NCBI GenBank assembly: GCA_963823335.1
Contig: CAWGLD010000002.1
Coordinates: 32,001-96,000 of the forward strand
DNA: 64,000 bases
Direction of reading: 5' to 3'
From: an uncultured delta proteobacterium
GTDB lineage: Bacteria > Desulfobacterota > Desulfobacteria > Desulfobacterales > B30-G6
Under the pieces are notes generated by a model. The model was not told the origin of the DNA. It did not search any database and saw only the letters and a program-made list of their open reading frames with translations. The position numbers were made by a program, and so were the translations under genes. Below are positions 43,685-53,564 of this stretch, piece after piece; position 1 is the stretch's first letter; every line of letters starts with the position of its first letter.

Positions 43685-43958
43685 AACAACCTGTCGGTTG
43701 CCGGTTATTTGCTGATCACGTTTGGCTGAACCTGATATATGTTCTTCGCGGCTTACTGCAACGACCTCTTATTTACGATATTGATGGTATAGGAATGACA
43801 ATCAAGTATCTATACAGCAATACGGGAACAGAAATAGTGACGGAATCCAAGAGCCGGGGATGCGAAACTTGGGCTATGGTGTGATAAAAAAACTTAAACC
43901 AATTATTGTACGAATATACTATAACCTGCAAAAAAAATAACAATAATGTATTGTGCGT

Positions 43959-44654
43959 ATGTGTACACAAAGCAAAATATGGGTGATCGGGGACAGCCAT
44001 ACACGGGCATTTTCATTTAATGACAATTTTATTCCTTTTTATATCGGTGAAGGAAAAGAACACTGTTTTTTAAGTGATCAACGCCTGTCTGATTTAATTT
44101 CAAAGGTGTTACATATTGTTAAAGAGGTTGTCGCTCAGGATTCGATCATTCTCTTCTTGGGAGAACCCGATACACGTTTCTATCTAGGAAGTGGATGGAA
44201 ACCTTGGAAAAAAAAATATAGATTTCCTATTATTAGAGGAAGATCGAAAATTAAAAAATCGTTCAAACGGTATTGTCAATTAATCAATGAGGTAAAGAAT
44301 AAAACAAATGCTAGATTATTGATATTAAATATTACGCCATCCAATAGAAAAGATCAGAATAAATTGGTTAATTATTTCAATCGGCTATTGTCGAAATATT
44401 GTTCGAAAGAAAAAGATGTGGCGTTTATCGATATAAATACAACTATTTATAATCCAAAAACAAAAACCGTCAGAGAAGAGTATTACGGTGATCATGTGCA
44501 TTTAAATATGAAACTTCAAATGCCTGTTGAAAAATGGTTGGTAGAAAAGGGAATTATTGAACGATCATTTTATGACGAAGAAAATACAATGGGCAAGAAA
44601 AAGCTAAAGAAAAACTTTAAGTATAATGAGAGATTTGGGTGTTATACTTTATGA
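43959..44654 (+). CDS. SGNH/GDSL hydrolase-like protein (AT-rich)
   Basis: IGDSH, GEPD, DHVH motifs. Confidence 0.6.
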   Translation: MCTQSKIWVIGDSHTRAFSFNDNFIPFYIGEGKEHCFLSDQRLSDLISKVLHIVKEVVAQDSIILFLGEPDTRFYLGSGWKPWKKKYRFPIIRGRSKIKKSFKRYCQLINEVKNKTNARLLILNITPSNRKDQNKLVNYFNRLLSKYCSKEKDVAFIDINTTIYNPKTKTVREEYYGDHVHLNMKLQMPVEKWLVEKGIIERSFYDEENTMGKKKLKKNFKYNERFGCYTL

Positions 44655-45008
44655 TGATAATATGCCATCATTTTTATTCTCTTTCAGCAATTGTGAACCA
44701 TAGTGACGTCTGAATTGTGTGGATGCATATTTTTCTAGTTTCCAGTCAGGGACGCCGCAGGCAGCGCAGGCCCCATTGAACCATTTGTTTCGAAGCCACC
44801 TAGCCGCACGGCTGTTTCTGGAGTTATTTACCATAAATGTTTTATTGCAATGGGTCGTGATACGGGCCTGGTCACCCATGATATCGATGGATTTGATACC
44901 ATGAAGGAGACCGCTTCTGGCCGGCCAGAGTTTTATCTTCTCTATCAAGCGGAAAAGCTCGACCCGTTTACGGTAAAATCGTTTGGCTGGTTTTTTTTGC
45001 TTTTTCAT
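44649..45008 (-). CDS. pylSn: pyrrolysyl-tRNA synthetase N-terminal (tRNA-binding) subunit
   Basis: KIKLWPARSGLLHGIK, THCN, NSRNSRAARWLRNKW, CAACGVPDWKLEKY. Confidence 0.92.
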   Translation of the reverse strand: MKKQKKPAKRFYRKRVELFRLIEKIKLWPARSGLLHGIKSIDIMGDQARITTHCNKTFMVNNSRNSRAARWLRNKWFNGACAACGVPDWKLEKYASTQFRRHYGSQLLKENKNDGILSS

Positions 45009-45094
45009 TCGATAATCTACAAATATTTCAGAAAGATTGACGATCGCCCCGGTGACCGATCTCGGCCCTGGCTTCCTTGACCCCTTCATTTTGA

Positions 45095-45958
45095 TCAACG
45101 CTTTTGAAGATGATCGAAACGAACATATGGGATTAAAACACCTACCACCATGGTTGCCACACCGATCTGAAGCGGGTCGTGAAGGAGTCTGTCACCGATG
45201 ATGTCCAGTGCTGACCTGTCAAGACCCAGGGGCATACCGGGAGCACTGATGATTGTATCGGACCTGATATGCTGCGCCAGAATGAAATTGCTTGCCGGGG
45301 ACGCATCGATCATGAGCTCATGTTGATGTAATGCCGGGTCGAGGTCGTGCAAATACTGAATCCCAACATCCGGGTCGTTCTTGAAATCTGCTGCCAGCGT
45401 TTCATATGCCGCGGGTTCGATGTCGTAGACAGAGATACGGCATCCTGTTTTCACCAGAGTTTTCACTGCGCTCTGCCCCACTGGCCCACATCCCAGGACA
45501 AGAACCTTGCGATCCTTCAAACACCCTGCCATGAGGTGCAGACCTGTCGCGAAACCCCTGCCGGTTGCATCGGCATTGTCCGCGAGTCTGCGCTGCTGCA
45601 TGTCAAGGGCCACAAAACGATCTTCATCGGCAAACATGAGGATGTCGGCCTTTTCTTCCACAGCTTCGGCGATACCGGAAGCATCTGTTTCCCGGGTGAC
45701 AAAAGCTCTGCAACCGATATGGTTGACAATTCCGGCCACGGTTTCACAAAATCCTTTTAGTACACCGTCACCCGATGTCATGGGTATCACACCGACAAGC
45801 GCATGTTCCATGGACGCCCGGATCTCTTTTTCGCTTACCTCCATTGCCCGGCAGGCAATCTGCCGCAGGGTGCAACCGGTCATTTTCATCAGCGATGATT
45901 CGTATGCGGGCAGGCTCTGGGCAATGCCTTGAATATTCTCCGTGGTCAGTCTGGTCAC
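45095..45958 (-). CDS. pylD: 3-methylornithyl-N6-L-lysine dehydrogenase
   Basis: MTRLT, PMTSGDG, DASG, ADEDRF, GCGPVG, APGMP, HDPLQIGVATM. Confidence 0.9.
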   Translation of the reverse strand: MTRLTTENIQGIAQSLPAYESSLMKMTGCTLRQIACRAMEVSEKEIRASMEHALVGVIPMTSGDGVLKGFCETVAGIVNHIGCRAFVTRETDASGIAEAVEEKADILMFADEDRFVALDMQQRRLADNADATGRGFATGLHLMAGCLKDRKVLVLGCGPVGQSAVKTLVKTGCRISVYDIEPAAYETLAADFKNDPDVGIQYLHDLDPALHQHELMIDASPASNFILAQHIRSDTIISAPGMPLGLDRSALDIIGDRLLHDPLQIGVATMVVGVLIPYVRFDHLQKR

Positions 45959-47145
45959 CTGAAGGATCCTTCCAAAAACAGGGATTGCTGGTCACCCCTA
46001 TGATCGATCGGGGTGGGATTCCTGTAGGTGTCGAGCTTGAAAAAGCGCATAATGTCGGCAATGACAGATTCCCGCTTTTCCCATGCCGCAGTTCTGCTTT
46101 CTGCGGAAATGATCAATGTTGCCACCCAATCCTTTCCATGATCCGACTGGCAGGTGATGGCTTCGTCGGCACCGAAAAAATTCTCGACCAGATGGAGAGG
46201 TCCTGCGAGGGCCATAGCGTGTTCACCCGTGACAGTCAATGTATCACCCCTGACCTTGATATGCTCGTACACGACGCCTCGCTGGGTAGAAGCCACTCCA
46301 TTGTGTGTGGCCTGGCAATGTTGCTCCGCCAGCAACTGGAGCATGTTGACACCGGTGGAGGCCAGCACGGTTATAGGGGTCTGACTGGGCAGGCGGGCAT
46401 CGATTTCAAGGACTCTCAGGATATCATTGTCTAAAATAACTTCTATGTCCATCAATCCCCTCAGGGTCAGAGCTTCGGCCGTGGTGGTGGCGATGCTTTC
46501 GAAATCCCCAATCAATTTCCGGGAAAGGCCTGAGGGTGCAAGCACTCGCTTGCAGTCAAAAAATGGATCCACTTCAATTTCGGTTACCTGAAGGGGACAA
46601 TAGTTTCCCGGGTAACCGATGATTTCCAAGGAGTATGAGGGTCCATGGACAAATTTCTGAATGACCTGCTCCTCCTGTGCCGTTGCAAGATGAGATTTGA
46701 GTTGTTTCAAGTCGTGGATAACACAAATTCCGTGACTTCCGCTGCCCTGACTCGGCTTTACGATGACGGGAAAACCGCTTTCGGGATAGGAAGTCGGTGT
46801 GGGGATGTGAATTCCGGTGAGCAATTTGTCTGATTCAATCTTGGAGGAGGTGACGGCATAGGCATCGAAATCGAAAAGAATTCGCCTCTGGTCATGTTGT
46901 GTGAAATTTTGAAGACACCTGAGGACGTCATGGTTTTCCAGAGCCGGTATGACCAGGTCAAACGGCTGCAGCAAGCGCTTCAAGTCAGTTTGGGAGGTAA
47001 TCTCGGCAAGCAAGAACTGCTGGCAGAGACCCGACGCCGGTACACCGGGCACCCTATCGATTATGGTCACATCCCAGCCGGCTTTTCCGGCCAGATATGC
47101 AGCTTCAACCCCTTGAAGTTTTCCACCGATGATCGCTACTTTCAT
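45955..47145 (-). CDS. pylC: 3-methylornithine--L-lysine ligase (ATP-grasp)
   Basis: IGGKLQGVEAAYLA, PALEN, GPSYSLE, DCKRV, EIDARLPSQTP. Confidence 0.92.
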   Translation of the reverse strand: MKVAIIGGKLQGVEAAYLAGKAGWDVTIIDRVPGVPASGLCQQFLLAEITSQTDLKRLLQPFDLVIPALENHDVLRCLQNFTQHDQRRILFDFDAYAVTSSKIESDKLLTGIHIPTPTSYPESGFPVIVKPSQGSGSHGICVIHDLKQLKSHLATAQEEQVIQKFVHGPSYSLEIIGYPGNYCPLQVTEIEVDPFFDCKRVLAPSGLSRKLIGDFESIATTTAEALTLRGLMDIEVILDNDILRVLEIDARLPSQTPITVLASTGVNMLQLLAEQHCQATHNGVASTQRGVVYEHIKVRGDTLTVTGEHAMALAGPLHLVENFFGADEAITCQSDHGKDWVATLIISAESRTAAWEKRESVIADIMRFFKLDTYRNPTPIDHRGDQQSLFLEGSFR

Positions 47146-47179
47146 ACCATATCCCAACACAATAAAACTACCCGGGGGC

Positions 47180-48022
47180 TTAAATATTTAAACGGATGCC
47201 ATCTAGATAAGCCAGGCTTCGGCCGAACCTGGCAAGATTCTTGGATTGATGGGATGCCATCAGGAGGCGTTCGAGGCCGAAACCGATTCCGATCCAGGCT
47301 TCATTTATTTTCCATGGCCGATCCAGTGGGTGGGGTCCCATGGCAGCAGAGGCGATTTCCAGATCCTCTTCCCCGGCCACGATATCCATGGTGTCGCCGT
47401 AGACTTCCGACGTCACGGTTTCAAAACGATAGTTTTTCACGCCTGCTGCCGTGGCCACACGTGAGCCCAGATCCTGGATTCTTTCTTTGCGTTTTTCTTC
47501 AGGTGTGCCCATTTCCACCAGGTTCAGCATGGTAAATTCACCGGCATGCTTTGCTCCCTTGGATTCTTTTCGGAAGCAGGGGCCGATTTCAAAGATTCGC
47601 ACAGGCCGTTCCCAAACGCGGAGCAGGTCGACCAGAAGGTAGTAGAGATGCGGCGCCAGCATCGGACGCAGGCATTTATCGTCCTGGAGCCAGAATATCT
47701 GGGAATTGAGCGGGTGTTTTGAATCGATTGACATCTTATTCAAAAGCCCCCTGGACATGATGATGGGGGTCGTTACCTGGGCAAAACCGATTTGCGTCAG
47801 CATTTCTGCGAGGTCGTTTTCAAGCCGGCATAGTTCAGGACGACCCTGTCTGGTCTGAAATTCAGCCAGTTGGTGTCGCTGCGTCATTACGAGGGATTTT
47901 TCCAGCGTTTGATACGCCTTATCACGAGCGGGTTCATCATCGAAGATCTTCTTCAACGTCGTGTCCGGGGCATTCAACGCATTCAATCGCTGTGCCTGTG
48001 TTTGGGTCCAAAATATTGGCAT
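47180..48022 (-). CDS. pylSc: pyrrolysyl-tRNA synthetase catalytic subunit
   Basis: WTQTQAQRL, CLRPMLAP, FEIGPCFRKES, EFTMLN, VYGDT, WIGIGFGLERL, YLDGIRLNI. Confidence 0.95.
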   Translation of the reverse strand: MPIFWTQTQAQRLNALNAPDTTLKKIFDDEPARDKAYQTLEKSLVMTQRHQLAEFQTRQGRPELCRLENDLAEMLTQIGFAQVTTPIIMSRGLLNKMSIDSKHPLNSQIFWLQDDKCLRPMLAPHLYYLLVDLLRVWERPVRIFEIGPCFRKESKGAKHAGEFTMLNLVEMGTPEEKRKERIQDLGSRVATAAGVKNYRFETVTSEVYGDTMDIVAGEEDLEIASAAMGPHPLDRPWKINEAWIGIGFGLERLLMASHQSKNLARFGRSLAYLDGIRLNI

Positions 48023-48110
48023 GGTTTTAAGTGTTACGTTTTAGGTTTTAGGTAAGCCACGAGCTGCGTGCTAAAAGCCAATGTCATCCAAAGGATAAAT
48101 GACTTTAAAA

Positions 48111-48184
48111 TGGCGGGGAGTACGGGAGTTGCACCCGTCTATGTGGATTTAGAGTCCACACGATCTCATTGCGATCCACCCCCC
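48111..48184 (-). tRNA. pylT: tRNA-Pyl (CUA)
   Basis: GGGGGGT-G-GATC-GCAATGA-GATC-G-TGTGGA-CTCTAAA-TCCACA-TAG-ACGGG-TGCAACT-CCCGT-ACTCCCC-GCCA: 6-bp anticodon stem, 3-nt variable loop, no TTC, G73, encoded CCA. Confidence 0.95.
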
Positions 48185-48274
48185 GCAATAAGGCTGTGAC
48201 GCTTGGCGGCTATGATATTGTGAGGCTGTTATTGGCTGTCCACTATGATAGCAGCCTTCCAACCTCCTGGCTCA

Positions 48275-48916
48275 TTAGCCTGCTAAAAGTTCCTTAACCT
48301 TGCGTACACCGTCGCTTGCATCCTGGGCATAGGCATCGGCACCGATTCGATCTGCCCAGCGCTGGGTTACGGGGGCACCGCCCACGAGGGTCTTGTATTT
48401 ATCCCTTAACCCGGCCTTTTTCAAGGCCTCTTCGATTTGTTTCTGCACGGCCATGGTGGTGGTCAAAAGGGTGCTCGATCCGATAATGTCGGCCCCGAAT
48501 TTCTCAGCCTGGTCAATAAAACGATCGATGGGGGCGTCCCTCCCGATATCCAGTACATCGAAGCCATTGGCTTTGAACAATGCCACGACAATGGTTTTTC
48601 CAATATCGTGTACGTCGCCCTCTACCGTGCCCACCAAAACTTTTCCTGATACCGTTCCCTTACCGCCTGGGATGGCTGCATTGATGATTTCTGTGGCTTT
48701 TTCCATGGCCGAAGCGGACATGACCAGCTGGGGCAGAAAAAGTCTACCGGTTTCGAAAAGATCGCCCACCTGATTGATGCCGACGATAAAACCGTTGTTC
48801 ATCAGGTCCAGGGGATCCATACCAGTATCGATTCCTTTTTGGGCGGTGTCAACGGCTTTGCCGGCATCACCTTTCAGAATGGCCTCCACGGCTTCCTGGT
48901 AAATTGTTTCAGACAT
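48275..48916 (-). CDS. methyltransferase cognate corrinoid protein (MttC/MtbC-like)
   Basis: FLPQLVMSA, GTVEGDVHDIGK (DxHxxG), STLLTTT, VGGAPVT. Confidence 0.9.
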   Translation of the reverse strand: MSETIYQEAVEAILKGDAGKAVDTAQKGIDTGMDPLDLMNNGFIVGINQVGDLFETGRLFLPQLVMSASAMEKATEIINAAIPGGKGTVSGKVLVGTVEGDVHDIGKTIVVALFKANGFDVLDIGRDAPIDRFIDQAEKFGADIIGSSTLLTTTMAVQKQIEEALKKAGLRDKYKTLVGGAPVTQRWADRIGADAYAQDASDGVRKVKELLAG

Positions 48917-49154
48917 GTTACGTTCCTTTCTAATACGGGTTAGGAGAATTGAAATATCATTTTCGTTAAAAGACAAAGAGATCTGCCCGGTATGCCTTGA
49001 GATATGCCATACAGTAATCATCCAACCCATTGGGTCCGGTAAAACTAAGTCATTTTTTTGAAAAAGCCAAGACATAAAATATGGAACAATGCAGGTGTAT
49101 TGATTGTTCTACAAACCGCATGCGTTTCAAGTTCTAAAAAATAGGTGTATGCTT

Positions 49155-49245
49155 TATAGCTGTTGTCATAAGCATGTTCCGTTTGACTTTTGACTGACGG
49201 TATTTGCCAAAGCTGTTTCGGAACGTTATTCTGGCAAACGTTATA
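49155..49245. mobile_element. divergent 91-bp relative of the 103-bp MITE
   Basis: TATAGCTGTTGTCATAAGCATGTTCCG .. TCGGAACGTTATTCTGGCAAACGTTATA; same terminal pattern, different interior. Confidence 0.6.
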
Positions 49246-49265
49246 AACTGATTACAGCTCAGTGC

Positions 49266-51278
49266 TTACCGCTTACCGCTGAATGCCATACCCGGTCTTC
49301 CAAGGGCCGTGAATGTCAATTCGGTTTCAAGAAATACCTCTTTGTTGCTTTTGGCTTTGGCCTTCTTTTCTTTTCGGATTACCTGAATCTGAACATGTTT
49401 GGCACCGGACTGACGTGCTTTTTCCTCTGCCAGGGGTATCATGTGGCGGTGTGCATACGTGACAGCTTCTTCTACACCATCAAAATCCCTGGGACTGATG
49501 GGAGAAAAAAGTCGCACTTTCTGGCTTCCGCTGATGGGTCGGATGCGAACCCTGATGCGCAGAACCGTCTTGCCGCTGACGGCGCCGACAGCATTGGCGA
49601 CCTCTGCAAATTTAGGAATTGAAAGCCCGGTCTGTAAGATATCCGCTGCCATGGGCAGATAGGCTTTTACAGGTGCTCCAAGGGCGACGATGGAATGCTT
49701 TAATCTGATTTCAGGGATAAGTTTCCCTTCGCGGTTTTGTTCGAGCGCCTTTTTCAGCAGAAACCCGTCACCTGTTGCTGGTTTCCAATCAGATTTTCCG
49801 ATTTCATCCCTGATGGCCTTGGATGCGATGGCGGCGGCGGTCTGCCTGGAAACGGTTTGCACAACCTGTCTGCAGAATGCCTCTGTAGACAATCCCAGAC
49901 GGGCGGAAAGAAGTTTCCCGGCCAGGCGCGATGCCTCTGCATGCCATTCCTGGAATCGGCCGAGGGTATGAAGCGCATCCGTGGGAGTGAAACCCGCAAG
50001 TTGAACCAGACCGGTTTCTATCAGCTGTTGGATGCGCCTCGAAATCCACGGATCCTTAAAGACAGCAGGGGTCGTGAGAGCCGTCAGGGGGAGAGGGCCG
50101 TTTTTCAATTGTGCCAATAGCCTTGCGTCATTTTCAGAAGGTCTGGCTTTGATTGTTTTCCCCGGGAGCAGGAACTGGGCTGTACCCGAATCCGGTTTGT
50201 TTGAACAAATCTGGGCTTTCAGCTCCGCCAGGATCTTGTGCGGGTATTCGCTGGCCAGTTTGCAAAGCGGTATGACGCGATCGGGTCCGATGACCAGCTG
50301 ATTTTCGGAAGATATCCGAACATGGCTGTCCCCCCCGAGCCCAACGGTGTGGACATCTACGGCCTCAACCATGGTCCGCCATCCACCGATACAGGCGCCT
50401 TCAGGATTGAGCGACGGCAAACCTTCAATGAGCTCGACAATGTCGGTGGTGGTTCCACCCATGTCCACGGCCCAGATGTTTTTTTCCCCGCTGAGTTTCA
50501 GGGCGCCCAAAGCGCTTGCTGCCGGGCCTGACAAAACCGTTTCGATGGGGCGCTTCACAGCCCAATCCGCCTTAACCAGACTTCCATCTCCCTTTACCAC
50601 CATCAGCGGCGCCGTAATGGACAAGGCTTTCAAAGTGGTACGGACATTGGAGATCAGATCTTGTATGATGGGAATCAGTCTGGCATTCAGGGCCACTGTT
50701 GTTGCCCTCCGGATCGCATCCAGACGTGTGGAGAGTTCATGGCCGCAGGTCACTGGAAGATCTGTAAGATCTTCTATCTGTTTTTTTACCCTTAATTCGT
50801 GCTCTGGATTGAATGCACCAAAATAGCCCGAGATCCCAAAAGCGCTGACCTTTTTGCGCCATTTTAGAACGGTGCTCCTGATGGCATCTTCATCCAGAGG
50901 TTGGCGCGCGATGCCCTGCTGGTCATGCCCGCCTTGCAGATAAACCACATTGGGTGTCCCGAGCGCGTGCTGGAACCGGTATTGATGAATCAGGTCCCGG
51001 TCATACCCTATCAATAAAAGACAAACGGGAACGCCGTACCCTTGGGCAATGGCGTTTGTCGCCAGGGTTGTGGACAGGCCGACAAGGGAGATTCTTTGGG
51101 GGGCAATTGTTTTGTGTCTGATGGTCGAAACGGATGTGACGGCTGCGTGGATACCAACGGAGAGATCCTCATGCGTGGTAAAAGATTTGGCACTTGACAG
51201 GATTTTACCGTTCTCGTAATTCACCAGAACTGCATCCGTGTATGTCCCGCCCGTGTCGATACCCAATACAATTGCCAT
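49266..51278 (-). CDS. hydantoinase/oxoprolinase N-terminal family (ASKHA ATPase fold) protein
   Basis: GIDTGGTYTD, STTLATNA, LSGPAAS, DMGGTTTD, GLGGDS, FTPTDALH, VANAVGA. Confidence 0.85.
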   Translation of the reverse strand: MAIVLGIDTGGTYTDAVLVNYENGKILSSAKSFTTHEDLSVGIHAAVTSVSTIRHKTIAPQRISLVGLSTTLATNAIAQGYGVPVCLLLIGYDRDLIHQYRFQHALGTPNVVYLQGGHDQQGIARQPLDEDAIRSTVLKWRKKVSAFGISGYFGAFNPEHELRVKKQIEDLTDLPVTCGHELSTRLDAIRRATTVALNARLIPIIQDLISNVRTTLKALSITAPLMVVKGDGSLVKADWAVKRPIETVLSGPAASALGALKLSGEKNIWAVDMGGTTTDIVELIEGLPSLNPEGACIGGWRTMVEAVDVHTVGLGGDSHVRISSENQLVIGPDRVIPLCKLASEYPHKILAELKAQICSNKPDSGTAQFLLPGKTIKARPSENDARLLAQLKNGPLPLTALTTPAVFKDPWISRRIQQLIETGLVQLAGFTPTDALHTLGRFQEWHAEASRLAGKLLSARLGLSTEAFCRQVVQTVSRQTAAAIASKAIRDEIGKSDWKPATGDGFLLKKALEQNREGKLIPEIRLKHSIVALGAPVKAYLPMAADILQTGLSIPKFAEVANAVGAVSGKTVLRIRVRIRPISGSQKVRLFSPISPRDFDGVEEAVTYAHRHMIPLAEEKARQSGAKHVQIQVIRKEKKAKAKSNKEVFLETELTFTALGRPGMAFSGKR

Positions 51279-51370
51279 GGCATGTGCTTTAAAAGGATGT
51301 CGGAATGAAAGTCAAGTGGTTTATGCTGAGTTGATGATTCCCCGCCGTTTTCAGGGCAGGAGAAAATGGT

Positions 51371-51590
51371 TTACACGATTTTCGCCGGTATGGGTTTGCG
51401 CAGCTTTACGGGTTTGACCTGATGCTTGCGGATTTTCATGTTGAGAATTTCAACGACTATCGAAAACGCCATGGCAAAATAGATGTATCCCTTGGGGATA
51501 TGCAGATCCAGTCCTTCTCCCACTAGGGCGATGCCTATGAGCAAAAGAAAGCTCAGCGCCAGCATTTTGATGGTCGGATGATTATCCAGT
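51371..51590 (-). pseudogene. TerC-family membrane protein, C-terminal fragment only
   Basis: HPTIKMLALSFLLLIG..HIPKGYIYFAMAFS..VEILN; N-terminal part absent. Confidence 0.75.
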
Positions 51591-52078
51591 TCATGTGACA
51601 TATCCTTTATCGATGACATATTTTTTTTCAAAAGAGTAGGAATAAATATATTACCTGCCAATATTCCCTAACAGTCTCAATCTTGGTCAACCCATACGGC
51701 TTTGCCGATTAGTAAATCAAATCATGGCGATATTCAACCAACAATGCCAATTGCGCCTGGTATTTTTTTCTCATCAACGAGTGATGTAATTGGTCGATTG
51801 AAAGTTCAAACAATTGTATTGCTTTATTTCCTCGGTCTATCGAAGGTAGTGTATCAATCTAACTATCTAAAATAACAATGTATACTAAGATAAAATTCCT
51901 AACCTGTCTCTTGCTAAACCGAAAAGGATCTGTTACCATCACACCTGTGAAGAAAGGATTCTTACTGTTTAAAGATTTGAGCAATATGGACCAAGATTCC
52001 CTGTAACTTGCTGCAAAGTTCTTCAATACTTTCAACAACGTTGACAAGAAAGTGTTAAAAGAAAAAGGAGGTGATTTC

Positions 52079-53551
52079 TTGAAACGCAATATGCGCGCTG
52101 GAAAAAGCAGGAATGGCGGTTTAGAATTCAAAGTTTTTACCGATGATGAAATGGATGAAATTCATCTGGCTACGCTTGAAGTCTTGGAAAAGACGGGCCT
52201 TTTTTTCGATGATGAAGAAGCCCTGGAGCTTCTCGATGGTGGCGGGGTCGTCGTCGATAAGAATAGCCGAACTGCCAAATTTCCCCCGCACGTGGTTGAG
52301 GATGCCATCCGCTCAGCACCACCAAAAATTTTGTTGGCCGGGCGGGATGAAAAAAACGACTTTGTTATGGAAAAGAACCGCGTGGGGTTTACGAATTTTG
52401 GGGAGGGTGTTTTCATCAACGACCCATACACGGGAGAGCATCGGGAGACGACCAAGGCGGATGTGGCTGCCTCGGCATTGATCGCCGACTACCTGAGTGA
52501 AATCGATGTTTACGAACGGGCCGTTGGCGCTAGTGATGTGCCGACACAGTCGGTTCAACTTCACAACGCTGAAGCATGGATGCCAAATACGACCAAACAT
52601 GGATTCATGGGATCAGGCAATGGGTATTTGACGAAAAAACTGATTGAAATGGCTGCCGTCATTGTCGGGGACAAAGAAAAACTGAAGGAGCGTCCCATCA
52701 TTTCATTTATTACTTGTCCGGTCAGTCCCCTGCAACTCGTTAAGGACAGCTGTGAAATTATCATGGAATCCGCCCGGGCGGGCTTGGCCGTCAATGTTTT
52801 ATCCATGGCCATGGCCGGCGGATCATCTCCAGTGACACTGGCCGGGACGCTGGTGGATCATAACGCAGAAATCCTCGGGGGACTTGTGCTCAGTCAATGC
52901 ACCCGCAAGGGGGCAAAATTCATATATGGCAGTTCTACTACCGCTATGGATTTGAGGCTGGCTGCCGCATCTGTGGGATCTCCCGAATGTGCTTTGATCA
53001 ACGCTGCGGTGGCCCAAATGTCGATTTACTATCTACTTCCCAGCTGGGTTGCCGGCGGGTAGGGCGACAGCAAAGTCTGTGATGCCCAGTCCGGTCACGA
53101 AAAAACCATCACAGGCCTGTTACCAGCGTTGGCAGGCGCCAACCTGATTTACGGCCTGGGAATGATCGAAATGGGCATGACCATTGATTTTGGCCAGCTG
53201 GTTATGGACAATGAATTCGCCAAGATGATCAAATTCTTATTGCACGGCATCCCCGTCAATGACGAAACCCTTGCAGTTGATGTCATTCGGGAGATTGGGA
53301 TCGGGAAAAATTTCCTTAGTCATGACGCCACGTTCAAACACATGCGGTCTCAATCCCAGCCCAAACTGATTGACCGCAGAATGCGAGAGGAATGGGAAGC
53401 ATCCGGCAGTAAAGATATTCATGAAAGGGCGTCGGAAGAGGCACGGCATATTCTGGAAACTCACAAACCCGAGCCACTGCCCGATGACGTTCTGACTACC
53501 CTTCGATCCATCGTGGTGGAAGCAGAAAAAGAACTGGGGGTTCCCAAATAA
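52079..53551 (+). CDS. mttB: trimethylamine:corrinoid methyltransferase, Pyl at TAG 53060-53062
   Basis: AAGGAGG RBS + TTG; ..[43 protein letters not shown] continuous in frame (490 aa). Confidence 0.93.
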
Positions 53552-53564
53552 GAAAGGAGATCTT

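Noticed and set aside
53063-53130. PYLIS-like structure after the amber codons
   Set aside because: No convincing shared hairpin between mttB and mtbB by eye, and such elements are not required for Pyl insertion.
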